From: Cirrosporium novae-zelandiae
Lineage: Eukaryota
Reading direction: 5' to 3'
Length of the DNA stretch: 64,000 nt
Assembly: GCA_026023565.1 (NCBI GenBank)
Contig: JAPETS010000008.1
Span: 682,001 to 746,000 of the forward strand
Part shown: one piece after another, positions 1 through 13,433 of the stretch
Numbering within the stretch: the first letter of the stretch is position 1
Layout: every line of letters begins with the position of its first letter
Made by a program: the position numbers and the translations under genes
Notes under the pieces: generated by a model
Told to the model about the DNA's origin: nothing
The model's database searches: none
What the model saw: the letters and a program-made list of their open reading frames with translations, nothing else

Positions 1-237
1 TTTTCATTTCTGATCAAAATCCCGTCTATCGGAGAACATGTGACTCGCTGACTAACATATCCTCCGCCACACTTTCGTTTGTGGCGGTGCATTGCAATTG
101 GGACAAACACCATCATTCTCATCATCATTTATTACGAATGAAGTAAGTACAAGTAAAACTCACTACTCCGTGATACGAAGATCCAAAGCCAAAAAACGAA
201 AAAGCCATCCAAGGTCTTGCCACTCACCACCTTGCTG

Positions 238-284
238 TGTGCATACTGCGTGCATACTACGTGCGTACTGTGTGCGTACTGTAC
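238..284. repeat. Degenerate 11-12 bp tandem repeat (TGCRTACTRYG)
   Basis: Sequence reads gtgcatactgc gtgcatactac gtgcgtactgt gtgcgtactgt. Confidence 0.75.
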
Positions 285-422
285 ACAAACTATATCTATT
301 CTCTTCTCAGCTCAACCAGGATCATCCATCTGACTTCGGTGCTTACTCTGACAAGTTACCTCCTCCACTCTTATAGGCTCCTCCCAGAAAAGAAAAACAT
401 CAAACATTGAAGCAACGTTACA

Positions 423-1098
423 ATGTCGCGAGCCAGGACATACCTAAAAATGATACTAGGGTAAGTAAGAAGAAACATCAACTCGAACTCCCCCTAACCC
501 CGACTTCAATTCTCTTCTATCTACCCCTGTCCCCGCCCTTCCCTCCGTGCCATGTATCCCTAACTCACCGCTCTCTCTCCAGCGGAACACTCCTCTGCGT
601 AGGCGGACCCGTGCTGGTCTCTTACATAACCCCCACCGAAGAGGAGCTCTTCCAGAAATACAACCCGGAGTTGCAAAAGAAATCCCTCGCAAACCGGGAG
701 CAGCGACAGCAGGATTTCGATGACTTTGCCACTAAGCTAAAGGAGTACTCCAAGAGTAATAAACCTAGTATGTTTTTTTTTAGTTGCTTTTTGTGTCTAT
801 TTCTTGTTATTCTTGTCATGGGTTGGTGTTTTTTTCTAGGTTTGAATAGGATAGATATATGTTTGCATTTCCATTCTATCCTAGCCTACCCCATCATAAT
901 TTCCTTCTTCCTCTCATCCCCATCCCCATCTCCAACGGACCCTAACATCCCCAACCAAATCCCACAGTCTGGACCGTCGCCGCAGAAGACCAAGAGCGCC
1001 AACGACAACTCCGAGCCGAGTCGGCCGCTTCCGAACAAGCAGCCCGAACGGCGGAGATAGAGAAGCAGAAGGAAGAGATTAGAAAGTCTATTAGTTAA
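423..1098 (+). CDS. CBP4: Cytochrome b (complex III) assembly factor Cbp4, 3 exons
   Basis: ATG at 423 ([13 protein letters not shown]). Introns are 461-582 and ~768-967 (GT..AG). The spliced protein reads [36 protein letters not shown]...[15 protein letters not shown], the Cbp4 pattern. Stop TAA at 1096-1098. Confidence 0.88.
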
Positions 1099-1838
1099 GA
1101 TGGTTGGATGGTGGTGTGGTTTAAGAGATAGCTAGGAGACTGGGGAGGTGGGGTGATTGAGCTATGCGTGTCTATGTGTGAGAGAAGAAAGGGAGGGAAG
1201 GGGGGTCCAGTCTGAGGCCGTGATATCATGCGTCTATATAATAATGTACAGCATGATATAATCGTGGTTCTGGTTGGATATTGGAAGTTTGACTGGTGGG
1301 TTGATTCCATTCCATCAACCAAGGAAGCCTAAAAAATAAAAAAAGGTGTGAAGTTATTTATTCTACAGACAGCTACTTATCCTACCTATCGATGATGATG
1401 TAGGATGTGACAAGATTGTTTATATCTGACTGTTATGGAGTGGCTAGCTTATACCTGATGTCTTTTTGGTTTGGCTGTCTCTACAGCGGGAGGGAGAATA
1501 AAAGCGGGTTTCAGAATTCATCAAACATTCCATATAATTATCTGATAATCCATTTCAGAAAGGGCTATATAGTTCTGAACTTGAATTGAGGAGGATAAAA
1601 TAAGTTGGTGCTGAAAAAAAAGAGTGATCAGATTCCAATGACCCATAATAATTCTTTCTCCGGCTACTACTTATATTATGACAATTTCCTTGTCCGGATT
1701 TCACTTTTCCTGGGAGTCCTTTGCCTTATTTCGCCGCGCCGTCCTGTTTTCCATCATTGCACATGTCAGCTCATTTCTAGTGTCAGTGTTGCATTTCCCT
1801 TCGCAGACATACATGATAGTATAGGAAGAGAAATAAAA

Positions 1839-3776
1839 CTACAATTTCGAGGCGGGGCCTACCGAGGTAATTTCGTTGTACAGCAACCTAGTTTTATGTA
1901 TTAGCAATTGATGATGCGGAGCAGTATTGTTTTCCATCACGGTTAGATTTTGTTTGAAGATAACTTACGATGTCAAAAAGTCCGCATAGGCTTCTCCTGT
2001 CACCTGGCCTGAGAAATACTGTGCTGCCAAGTGATACTTGTTCCCTTTCGGTGCGTTCGAGGCTAGTTGATCAGCCTGTTCGTTGAGAAGCTTGAGGGCG
2101 TAGGCCTTGTTGACCAGATTGCCCTCAGCAGTTGTGACTCCGTGCTTGCACCATTGCCAAAGCTGGCTGCGGCTCACTTCAGCGGTTGCAGCGTCCTCCT
2201 AAAATACTGGTTAGTAGAAACTCTATACGGTTGTTGTAGATCTTGAAGATAATCTTGAATATAAAAAGCGGGGGTGCATACCATAAGATAGTTAATGGGC
2301 ACGCAACCAACACCACGAAGCCAGCCTTCCATATAACCTAAGCCGATATTCAGGTTCTTCCTGATGCCTTCCTCGGAGACTGATCCTGGCATATTCATAT
2401 TAAGGAGATCATTCTGTGTAATCGTGACATCCTCCCTCCTAATAAACATTTGATTGGGTGTTGGCATATGCGCGTTGAATACATCCGAGGCAATCGCAGC
2501 AAGGGCTGGATGAGCAACCCAGGTGCCGTCATGTCCGGCACGTGCTTCACGGAGCTTATCGGCACGGACACCATCCATCGCTTTGTCGTTTGCTTCCTGG
2601 TTGTCCTTGATTGGAATTTGAGCTGCCATGCCTCCCTATAAAATATTAGTGTGATCCAAGGTAGGTGGTGATGAGATCTCTAACCATTGCATGCACCTGT
2701 CGTCGATGGCAGGTCTGGATCAAAAGCTTAACATAGGCATCCATAAAAGGAACGGTCATTGTCACGGCGGATCGGTCGGGAAGAATGAAGTTGGGGTTCT
2801 GGCGGAATTTCTTGATGACAGAAAAGATGTAATCCCAACGTCCACAGTTAAGACCAGAGCTGTGATCCCTAAGCTCATAGATAATCTGGACGCCGATTAG
2901 AAAAAATTAAAGAAATAAACATTGCATGGCTCACCTCGTCCATCTCAAACGCTGCGAGGATTGTTTCAATCAAGACAGTTCCTCGGATTGTTCCCCTCTG
3001 CATACCAATGTAGTCCTGGGCGACATTGAAAACATCATTCCAGAGACGTGCCTCGAGGTGGGATTCCATCTTTGGAAGATAGAAGTACGGCCCAGTGCCC
3101 CTCTTTACAAGTTCATGGGCATTGTGGAAAAAGTACAGACCGAAATCGAAAAGACTTCCTGAGATTGGCTCCCCATCAACGGTAAAATGCTTCTCCTCGA
3201 GATGCCAACCTCGAGGTCGAACAATTAGAGTAGGCAACACTCGGTCGGTTCGGAGCTTGTAATCCTTTGGTCCTTGCTTGAAATCGATCTGTCTTCGAAT
3301 CGCATCATAGAGGTTAACCTGGCCATTGATCATATTGTCCCAGGTAGGAGCACTCGAATCTGGAGCATTATTTCATCAGCATATGGGATCGAATTTGGCT
3401 GACTTTTGCACATACCTTCGAAATCCGCCATGTAGGTCCAAACATTGGAGTTCAAGGCGTTCACGACCATTTTTCTGTCGGTAGGACCTGTAATCTCCAC
3501 CCGTCTATCAACCAAACCCGGAGCGGGTGGTGCTCCTCTCCATGCATCATTCTCTCGAATGTGTTTGGTTTCGGGTAAAAAGTCGGGCAGGTGGCCTTTA
3601 TCAAGTTCGGCCTGACGGATGGCTCGGCGTTGAAGAAGAGCCTTGCGTGTAGAATTGAACGTTCGGTGGAGCAGGGCAATGAATGCGGTAGCATCCTTGG
3701 TGAGAATCTTGCTGGTGGAATCATTGACCGGTCCATGGACGGCAACGTCCTTGAGGAGGACATTAATATCAGACAT
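1839..3776 (-). CDS. acuE: Malate synthase (glyoxysomal), multi-exon, C-terminal PTS1 SKL
   Basis: Motifs include [57 protein letters not shown] and [17 protein letters not shown]. The last exon reads [15 protein letters not shown]. Confidence 0.97.
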
Positions 3777-4684
3777 GTTGATAGAGTGGAGATGTTAGCG
3801 AGAAATTTCAAACTGCTTCAACGGTTTCTGCAAAGCAATCAAAGAGTAGATATATAAAAGGAAAAGAAAGCTATAACGGTGGGAGTTGGCCTCATTAATA
3901 TTCCATAGTTTACCACGGCAATAGTAGGTTCCCTTGGATCGGTCGAGGGGAGCATGCCGTCATGTGTAGAGGGGCTAAGCTTGTGAATGCTGATGTGGGG
4001 AAGGAGCTGTTCATTGGCTGTTCATTGATCCAAGATGATGCATTCGGCGGTGACTTGGGTTTCTCAAAAGTTCCAGCCTTTCAAATAAACTTAAAGTCCA
4101 CATCTTGAACTCTTTCCAGTTCCCTTTGAGTTGTAGCATCAAGCTCACGAATTAATTCATGAAAGAACAATTCTGAAATCGAATCATAATTGAATTCTCC
4201 ATCTATATTATTGCTCTTTGACGACCTCGAAGCTGTTGTTGTTACAAAGCTCCATGTCTCTCTCAAATGTATATCGGAACTTTCACATTCAGTAGCTTGA
4301 CCTGACCTCGGTTGGCGGGAAATCCCGCCCCAGTCGGAACTTCTCGGTACGGATAAAGGGTACTTCCAAGGTACTTGACCGCCGATATCTAGGCTTCTTT
4401 TCTCAATAGAGCATTTTCTTAATCCGCTCATCATAGCTTCTATAATTGTCCTTGACAATATCATTAAATCTATTGGTTTTCGCTATCATTTCTACCCTAG
4501 AAGGACGTGACAAACCGACAAGTACTCAGTTCACTCCCGCTTTATCCGTTCGACATCCATCTCCGTGATAATCAAAGATTGGGATGACTCATTTCTCTAC
4601 CTAAGATTCAATTCCGAGTTTGTGTTTTTAAAAGTACATTGGAGAGGAAAGGAAGGGGAAACAGCAACTTCTATCCGTCTTATC

Positions 4685-6476
4685 CTACTCCACGATTGAT
4701 GCCTTTCGGTGCTCTGCTTCTATGACTTCTTGAATATGGTCATGACGAGAACCCTGTCCACGGAACTCTCTCTTGCCCCGAACGAACCAATCCGTAATTA
4801 GGATGATAACCACCACAGCATATACCGCCGAGACGTAATTCATGTTGCCGGGGGTCGCGGGATAGTACGTGGGGAAACTGTACATCACCAATGTGAACAC
4901 AGTCCACAATAGAAGTACAATGTTCGCAAATAATCCAACCGGGCCAAGCCAGAAGGGACCGTGCTTGATATTATTGCGGCCACGCAGCAAGAGACAGATG
5001 ACGGGAATAGCGTATGAGACATAAAGAAGGACAATGCATGCAGTTACCATACTAAATTTCTCGTTAGCCTCTTTCTTTCTACAAACCAAATATAAATCAG
5101 GGATAGTCCTAAATTGGACCTCTTTATGCCCTTACCTGTTGAATGCTGTCGAGGATCCGAGCCACAAAAGGCCAACCAGGGAAACAATCGCGCAGCTCAC
5201 AAAATGGGCTCTGAGAGGCACATCAAGCTTGGGCTCAATCTTAGACAAGAATTTAGATCCTGGAACACCTCCATCGCGTGCAAAGGACCAACAAATTCTT
5301 GATTGCCATGTGTGACAGGCGATCATGCAACCTAAACCTGTCACCATAATAAAGGATTCCAAAACAATAGCGCCAGCTTTGGTTTCAAGAGCTTGGTAGA
5401 AAAGCGTCAAGATTGGTACAGAGGCAGTTTGAAGCTCGTCAAGATCCTGCATGCTGAAGAACATGCTAATGGAGAAGAACCAGGAGGTGGTGAAACCAAT
5501 GGCGACGGTTCCCATAATCGAGATCGGAATCATCTTCTCCGGACGCAGAACCTCTTCCGCCATGTGTGTTGCGCAGTCTAGGCAAGCAAATGCCCAATTG
5601 GTATTAATCAACCCAACAATAAAGGCGATGCCGTCAGATTTCCATCCAGTGTTGTTTTGGAAATTTGCAAACACGAATTTCGCTTGCTGGTGGGTAGGCG
5701 CGGATGCAGGAATTGTAATCAGTATTACAATAAACGAGACTAGTGAGATCCAGAGGGTGGTTGTTGCAACATATGGGAGGACTTTTCCATAAGTGTTGAA
5801 GAAGAAGGCGAAAATGTTGATGATCTCATAAGCGACGAATCCGTGCCATGCTTTTATTTCACTGTCCCATCATTAGCAGTTGTTCCAGCGTCCAGGAGTT
5901 AGTATCATTACAAGTCAGGGTGAGTCAAGGCCCAGCATCCCACTCCAGCATTTCCAACAGCGAGGGCAACGCTAGCGGAGGTGAAAATCGACCCTGCCCA
6001 TGTGAACCATCCGGTCAAGTAAGAAGCGAAGTTGGCATATTTTTTGGACGCCAATTCATTTGCCCAGAAATACTGTCCACCAGCATTTGGCAAAGCGCTA
6101 GCTAGTTCGGATAGGGATATTCCAACACAGCTTGAGATGAAAGCAATGATCATGATACCGTAAACAATGAGGATAGGACCTCCCGAGTTGATACCAGTGA
6201 CTAAGGCTGAAGATACACCGAACCAAGAGTTGGTCAAGGAGAATCCGACACCCAGTACACCGAATACCGAGAAGGTACGCTTCATATCCTGGGTATAACC
6301 TAACGAAACTATCAGCAACAGATCTTCTTTACCCGCTAACTTCCGCCGATCAATCCAAGGTTTGGGATTTGGCACTAACCCATCTCAGCCAGCCGCAGAG
6401 CGTCTTCATTGGAAGCGCCGACTACATCGTCCGGCGAGGTCTGCCGGACGACCTCATCTTTTTTGTATTCCATCAT
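4685..6476 (-). CDS. APC-family amino acid/choline permease (Hnm1-like)
   Basis: Motifs LAEMGYTQDMKRTFS, ELASALPNAGGQYFWA, FACLDCATHMAEE and WSFARDGG, plus many TM segments. The exons join through GT-AG introns. Confidence 0.9.
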
Positions 6477-9429
6477 CAATGGTGTATCGGAAGAAATATC
6501 AGAGAGTTCAAAGGCCGTTGGAGCGGAGAGGTTGGGCTTGAAGATTGAGTGAATGATGGTAAAGTAAAAAGCCCACAAAGTTGCGAGGCTTCTATAATAA
6601 ATCAGTTAGCAAACAACAGGATGAGCGAGTTGGATCTCAGGCATCTTACATGATCGGCGCTCCTAACACTCCAACTATTCAGAACAGCGCTCAATGTTAC
6701 TCTCCAAGGTAAGGACCCGCGAGGGAGTTCGCCTAGAGCAGGAAGACCTGAGTAGAAATTTGGATCAGAGAATTGAAGACTAGAGTTGTGCAGAAAGTGT
6801 ATGAAACATTTTACTGGTAGGGCACCGAGACAAAAGTGAGTGATGAGTGGAGAGTCGGACACCAGAGGCAATATGGGTAGGAAGATATACGGCCTAGGCC
6901 ACTATGCAAGAAGAAAAACCTGGAGGTGCAGATGCAGATGGGGTTTTGAACTCACGAGAGGACCCTAAAACAATTCTTTAGTTTTGGAGATGACCTCAAT
7001 TGATGGGGGCAATGTTACTCCAAAATCTTAGCGTACCAGAAGAATCAAAACAACTTCAAGTGACTAAATTAAGAGATGCATGTAAGAATTGAATAAATAA
7101 ATAAATAAATAAAATTTCATTGAGTCGGACAGAGAAAAAGGGCAGAAGACATTGATATCAGTGGCCAGCCGCGGGAACATCTGCCACGAACGAGGCTCGA
7201 GATTATGGCATTTGGAAAATATGTAGACTCTAAGCCACTCCGGTATTAAGAAGAGAGGGAGGGGGGGGGAAAGAAACAACGGTTCATTTCCGGTCTAGGT
7301 AGTTAAATTGCGATAGTTGAATCTGACGGATTTCTGTTGTTTTTTTTCTTCTTCTTTTCCATTTGATGAATCTTACTACTGGACATTAGTGGGAGAAGTA
7401 TTTGGTACAACATTCGATGTGACCCCATTTGATTTTTGATCCAATCAGCTAGTACATATTGGGTGTCATCGGCCTCCAGAATTTTCGGGAGGCTTTTTTC
7501 AGCACGCCTAACATCTCTTAACTACTGGGTATAAATCATCATTTCAAACTTCTATCCAATCCACCGTTCACCTTCCGTAATCTACCGGCCCTTATCTTGC
7601 AGCAGCCCGTTCCACTGAAATCCACCTTGCCCGCCATTGCGTAACAGTAACTGAATCCTACTTTTTGCCCTAAATAATAACCAGCCAACTGTCGCAATCG
7701 CCTATATCAAGCACACTGTCCTCACCCCCCCCCCCCTCCCCCCCCCCCTCACTGATAAGATAGATACATTGTCCATGTATTCATCGTCTTTCTCCAGACT
7801 CCAGAACCATGTTCCAGATAGGAATATTCTCCATGGCCACTAAACCTAATATTCTTTGGCCTTTTCTATAGTCTGAAATAATTATGAGAACTTTGGTCAG
7901 GACAGTATCATCCAAGGTGGCGTCGGTGATATTTCTCTGTGTGGAATTGACTTTGGAATTGATACGAACTCGTACCACAGTACTCCTGATATTGTCGTTA
8001 GTCTTCTCGAAGGCGCTCAGAAGCCACGAGGATGATAAGATGGTTAAGTCTATACCCAATTCAGATACAGCTTCCCATGGGATCCCGACCGTGAAAAGTG
8101 CAACCAAGGTTTACATTCTCGACTTTATCGATGGTTTTGTGTGGGACGTGTGGAACGTCCAGGGGCTGACGAGGTTTTCCCTGATGAGGGTTGGAAAAGC
8201 TTGAAACCTTGAAAGACAAAAGGGTAATAACGGGAACATTGATGGACCAGGGTGATGCCGATCATGATGACGCTCACGAGTGATGAGAGGCCTGGTTTGG
8301 CCTATCTGAGAGAAATGCATGCATATCATCTAAAGTGGGCGTCTTTTATCTTTTTATCTTACACATTTTTGCATTTGTTAATCATCAAAACAGAAATATT
8401 ATCAATCATGATTTTTGATTTTTTTCAACTTTGATTTCATCGTCTTTCAAAACTTGCCCAGGGTTGATGATTTCAGATAAAGTTAGATAGCCACCATGGA
8501 CCAATTAAGTTCAAGATATTGCCAGTTATAGCAGCTGGAAAAAAAAGTGGAATAAAATATCTAGGAATGTTTCAATATCTTGGCCTAGATGTCTAGCCGG
8601 ACCCGCAGAGCCTCAGGAATCATCTGTCCCGTACTTCCGCTTTGAAACCATCTATCCCTTTTTACTTTTCCCCAGCTCCTCAGTTTGAAGGGATCCGTCT
8701 TCTCTGGGGTCCCTATATATCTTTACCCAACAGAGGCATTCATTCCTTGGTCGGATTCAATATCCCCCCTTTTCCTTTCGTTTCATTATCTTTCATCCTA
8801 CTTGTTGTATTATCGTCGTCAAGCGTCGCATATCATTATTTCCTGACATATCTCCGAACTTTGCTGCGACAGTATAACTATCCATCTCCCGTCCATCTAC
8901 TATGTAGGGCTAGTGCCATCATTACCTCAGCCCGACCGGGAATTGGCTTTCTTTCGAGGCTTTCGAGCTGTCTCGAGCATGCATATTCGGCCCTTGATAA
9001 GATAAGGTTGTTGTTTATCTCTCACTCATTACCTCAAACAATCAGCACGGCTGAGTACCCTCTTTTCGTTTCCAAGTCGCTTGAAGCTCCTATGATGAGC
9101 CTCGGATCATTTCACGTCTTCATAACCATTGAATAAATTAATGTCAGATATGAGCACAAGTACAAGGAGTTCGTCACTTGGTGGCCCAGATATGAAATTA
9201 TTATTCAGCCAAATGCATACAGTCTTAGTTATTCCTACTCAACACAAACAGGCTCAACATTCATCGTCCCAACCGTCTCTTCTCAAAACACCTAAGAGGT
9301 GGATACACTACTACTGCCGTCCGAGAGGCAGCAACAGATAGTTCCATCTACATCAATGTCAATTTATGTATGCTTGACCAGCCAGGGAAATTTCTTTTGA
9401 TACTCACATCTGCTCTCTCCTACCTATGC

Positions 9430-11100
9430 AGCAATTGGTCTCACATAATAGACCTAATACATGCACAAGATAGTGCCAATCCAACCTATCAAAAAGCTAG
9501 CTAGTGCTGCCAACCTAAGAGGCAATTTGCTCTTGCCATTCCAGACTTCTCAGTCGAAGTCTTCTCAATCCCACTTTTGAAAGATGAGATGTTTCTCCAG
9601 GGCCATTGCCATTCAGATAATGGTCCAGTAGCTAACTAGGGAGAGAAATTTGAGAAAGGTATCAAGTAAGAATACGCGTCCAGCAATTGCACAGATGATG
9701 TAGACGATGACTACAAAGGTCGACCAAACAAACCGAGGTATCCGCTAAGTTAACGAATAAGGAGCTGAAATGAAAGTGCCGTTGAATATGCATCTTGGGA
9801 CCAGTTAATTTGTTATCCAACGAGAGATACTAGAAAATATTACCTGGAATGCTGTTGCCTACAACACCCAATGGCATGATGACGGCTAAAGAATTTCCGA
9901 ACCCTCCTGGGGAGAAAGGCTCTCAACCATGAGATCTCCTATCGAAACATCAAATACTTAGACCCATGAAGGGTTTACGGAAAGCCCGCTCCCTATATTA
10001 GGATGCTAATCAGAGGAAATTCAACAAGAGCAAACATACGCAAGCCAATGTCAATGAACTCAACAAACATCTTCCCGAGACTGAAGCTAATAGTAGTTAT
10101 GAGAAAGATCCGCCATTTTGAGGTATTTTTCGGAAGATATACATAAAAGTCGGCAGCCGCAAGAGACCAGATATCCGGCGGGGTCAGACGTACGAGGGAC
10201 GAGTACTCGCAAATGTAGCACCGGTTCCAGTGCTTGGAGTCGTGGTGTCGAATAGAGGCAACGCATAGCCTATCATCATGAAAAGAATGCAAACTTAAGG
10301 TATCCAAACATATTTACTCGTACGACGGTTTAGGACCGACAGAGAGGTAAGAGGGGTCCGGGTAAGTACTTGCCTGGGATATCCGAATCCCAAACGTAAG
10401 AACAAACCAAGGAATGATCGCTAATATAACGACTCTCACAGTTGAAGTCGTACCACCACCATTGATGGCCGATAGCATAAGTCCCGCCACCAGCGAGTCC
10501 ACAAGGCTGAATCCTAACATACACCAAGTTCAACCTATTGACATCATTAGCACCACCCGCATCTCCATTTACATGTTTCTTGTAACACAGAAGGAGTCTG
10601 CACAAACTCGCAGTATGCAAAGAACCGCCGGGTAATACCCCATGGTATATCTCGCAATAATCACAGTCCAAACGTCGATACATAACCCGTACAAACAATT
10701 TCCAAAATGGCCCCAAAAAGACAGTACCTTAAAAATAGCAAACCCACAGAAGTCAGCTCAGCTATGCGCATCCAAAAAGCAAACCCCCCATCTTCCCCAA
10801 AAAATAAATAAATAATACCACCACCACCACCATCGTCACCACCCCCCCACCTCCAACCCCACGGGCCCCAAACCTCCAATTATCATCTCATTAACCATAT
10901 AATTTGCACCAAACCAATCCATCTACACACAATCCAGCAAAGCCACCTTTTGTAACCGCATCATCTCGAGCACTTTGTCGATCCCTCGCGCTTCCAGTCC
11001 CGCAAGTGCGTTTCAAATCCCATAAAACCAAACCAGGTGAAGCGAAAGAAACAAAAAAAAACCACTTACGATCACTGATATCAGATGGTAGTGGGATAGA
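9430..11100 (-). pseudogene. Decayed purine-cytosine permease (NCS1, Fcy2/Tpn1-like)
   Basis: Fragments lie in different frames: GLEARGIDKV, WFGAN..LGP, GYVSTFG, LGFSLVDSLVAGLMLSAINGG, WSLAAADFYVYLP, IPRFVWST and YWTII*MAM. There are multiple frameshifts and stops. Boundaries are approximate. Confidence 0.8.
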
Positions 11101-11362
11101 AGACAGTCCCAAAAATATAATTTTTGAACATAATCCTTTTCCTATCTACGCATTTACACATCTAACCAGGCGACTACTTAGCTACTTAGTCATCCCATGA
11201 GGTTCAGAGACGAAGAAACTAATCTCGATCTAGCGGAACAAAACATCTCTTTTCTCATTAAAAGCTTAAGAAAAAAGCCGTTTCTACATATAATGATATT
11301 GGGCATATACAGTACCCCCAATGAAAACATAGGCCCCCCTAAGGCTCTATGATATATATTCG

Positions 11363-12530
11363 TCAGACCCCTCTTCCCAAAAATGTCCTTTCCCCAAACT
11401 CCAATTCGGCAAGCTGGAAAATGGGTAATGCCATGACTAAAAAGAAATAACAACATTATTCATTAGCAATTTGTCTAAGGCATGAGTAACACGCCCCCAC
11501 CCCTCCCTCTCAGTAAGAAGAAGAAGAAGAAGAAGAAGAAAAACTTACAATACCCATTCCCACTCCTCCCCAAAGCCTCCCACGTACTCCTCGCCTCCAC
11601 CTCCCCAATCTCCACCAGCGGCACCCCCGACCCCGCAGCCGACGCATCCGCCTCCAGCTGAATATGGCAACACCGATCGAGCAGCTGAAACCAGAATACG
11701 ACTTCTTCGATTGTTTGGCCGGCGGTGAGGAGGCCATGGTTTCCGAGGAGGATTGCCTTTTTAGAGCCGAAGGTGGCGGCGATGTGCTTGCCTTCTTCGG
11801 CGGCGAGGACTACGCCTGCGAAGTTAGGGTAGAGGGCGTGGTCGTTGTGGAAGACGCAGTGGTCTTGGGTTAGCATTTGTAGTTTGCGGCCTATGGGGTA
11901 TGGTTAGGCTGAGTTGGTTTGGGTTAGAAGGGGGGGAGGATGTGAAAGACGAACCAGTGGCGCAAAAAGCGCGCCCATGAAGACTATGAGAATGCGCAGC
12001 ACAAAGAACATCAGGTCTCGCAGCATGAATTTCCGAATGTATCGCAAACGCCGCATAATTCAACAGACGATTTCTCCCCCCCTCAATAACCTTCCCATCG
12101 TGATTCACCAAGATAAGATCATCATCCGTAATCAGGGAAAAATGCATCCCAAATGGGTTGACCCAGAAGCTTGTTGGATCTACTGGATCTCTTAACCTAT
12201 AGATTCGCATATATCAATCATAGATTAGTACTTTTTGGGGGGGTGGTGGTAATAGTAGAGTAGTGGTGATAAGGTTACCTACGTGATATGTCCAGCAACC
12301 CCATCACAAAAGTCGAACTTCGCAAACACCCGAAAAGCCAACGCAAGTCTATGCTTCAGATACGCTCGCTGCTCATAAGGATCTGAGAATTGAGGTGGTC
12401 CCGTTGGAGTCTCGGAGGGAAAGGCGAGGTCGGGATTTCCGCTTGTGTAGACGTCTTCTTTAGCATGAGCATTTTTGACTTTATTGTCTGGTTCCGGCTG
12501 GGTAGTAGTAGTAGTAGCAATAGGTGCCAT
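11363..12530 (-). CDS. Class II aldolase/adducin-family protein
   Basis: Motifs GVAGHIT, RDPVDPTSFWVNPFGMHFS, AAFAIHSEIHAARPDV, AAHSHS and LLGNHGLLT carry the Zn-binding His residues. The final exon FMALPIFQ...GRGV* was inferred by hand. Confidence 0.9.
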
Positions 12531-12780
12531 TTTTAGGCGTATAAATGAATTCCTTAATTAATTTAATGAACCAAAGGCTCTGCTCGGAGTAGAGGAAAGA
12601 ATTCAAGAGATAGAACATATAAACACAAGCTTTAGGCCCCCTTTAGTCCACTTGACACAATTAATAAAAAAAGAAAAAATAGACGGACGAATCGATTCAA
12701 TATTATTACTAACTAACTACTCTCCAAATAAACAAAGCAACAATTAAAACATTTTTGTTGCGAACGAACATGTCCGAAAC

Positions 12781-13015
12781 AACTATCGTTATCGTTATCG
12801 GGATTTGGGATTTTGATAGATAGATAGGTAGCTAGGGTAGCTACCCCACCACCACTCACCACTCATCTCTTACCAACTGCACACTCTAATTCCAGGATAA
12901 GACAGGATAACAGCGCCACAAGGTACTTACAGTACTTACACTCTCTCTCCCCCCTCTCCTATCCCACAATGGGTTATCCGTTATAAAAAAAAAGGTTATC
13001 GGCCTCTTATCCGAA
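12781..13015. promoter_or_regulatory. GATA/CGG motif-dense divergent promoter (aldolase <- -> dehydrogenase)
   Basis: GTTATCGG at 12794 and 12995, GTTATCCG at 12973, CTTATCCG at 13006, and GGATAA twice near 12895-12910. Confidence 0.55.
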
Positions 13016-13433
13016 TCAATTGAGCTTAGGTTCATTCTTCAGAATTAAAGTTACGTCAAGTTCAATCCCCCCCTCCAACCCCTCTAAAATGAATCGGGGC
13101 CAATTTTTTTTTGTTAATTTGTGACTCCGTTATTATGTGTGGGTAGGTACCTATGTAAGTAGATAGCGTCACTTTTTTTGGTTCCACTCTGTGAGACCCA
13201 AAGGGCCTTTTTGCCAAGACTTGAAGGGCGTGTAGGATCTCCGTGTGTGACAGAACAAGGTTTCATCCAGAAAGATCTCATATCTAACAATTGACTTTTT
13301 TTCAAAAAAAAAAAAAATTTCCATTTGGTTTACTTGGTGTTTGTTTGTTGTATATTCATAACCAAAAGGCCCACCGAGGATATTTTGATATTTGAATTGA
13401 ACTTTTCATTTGTAACCTTGCTCCAAACAAAAC

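Noticed and set aside
4081..4464. 127-aa ORF upstream of malate synthase
   Set aside because: It has no recognisable motif and lies in the short promoter/terminator interval, so it is probably spurious.
8642..9341. 164-aa and 70-aa + strand ORFs
   Set aside because: They have TTG starts, T-rich non-coding composition and no family features.
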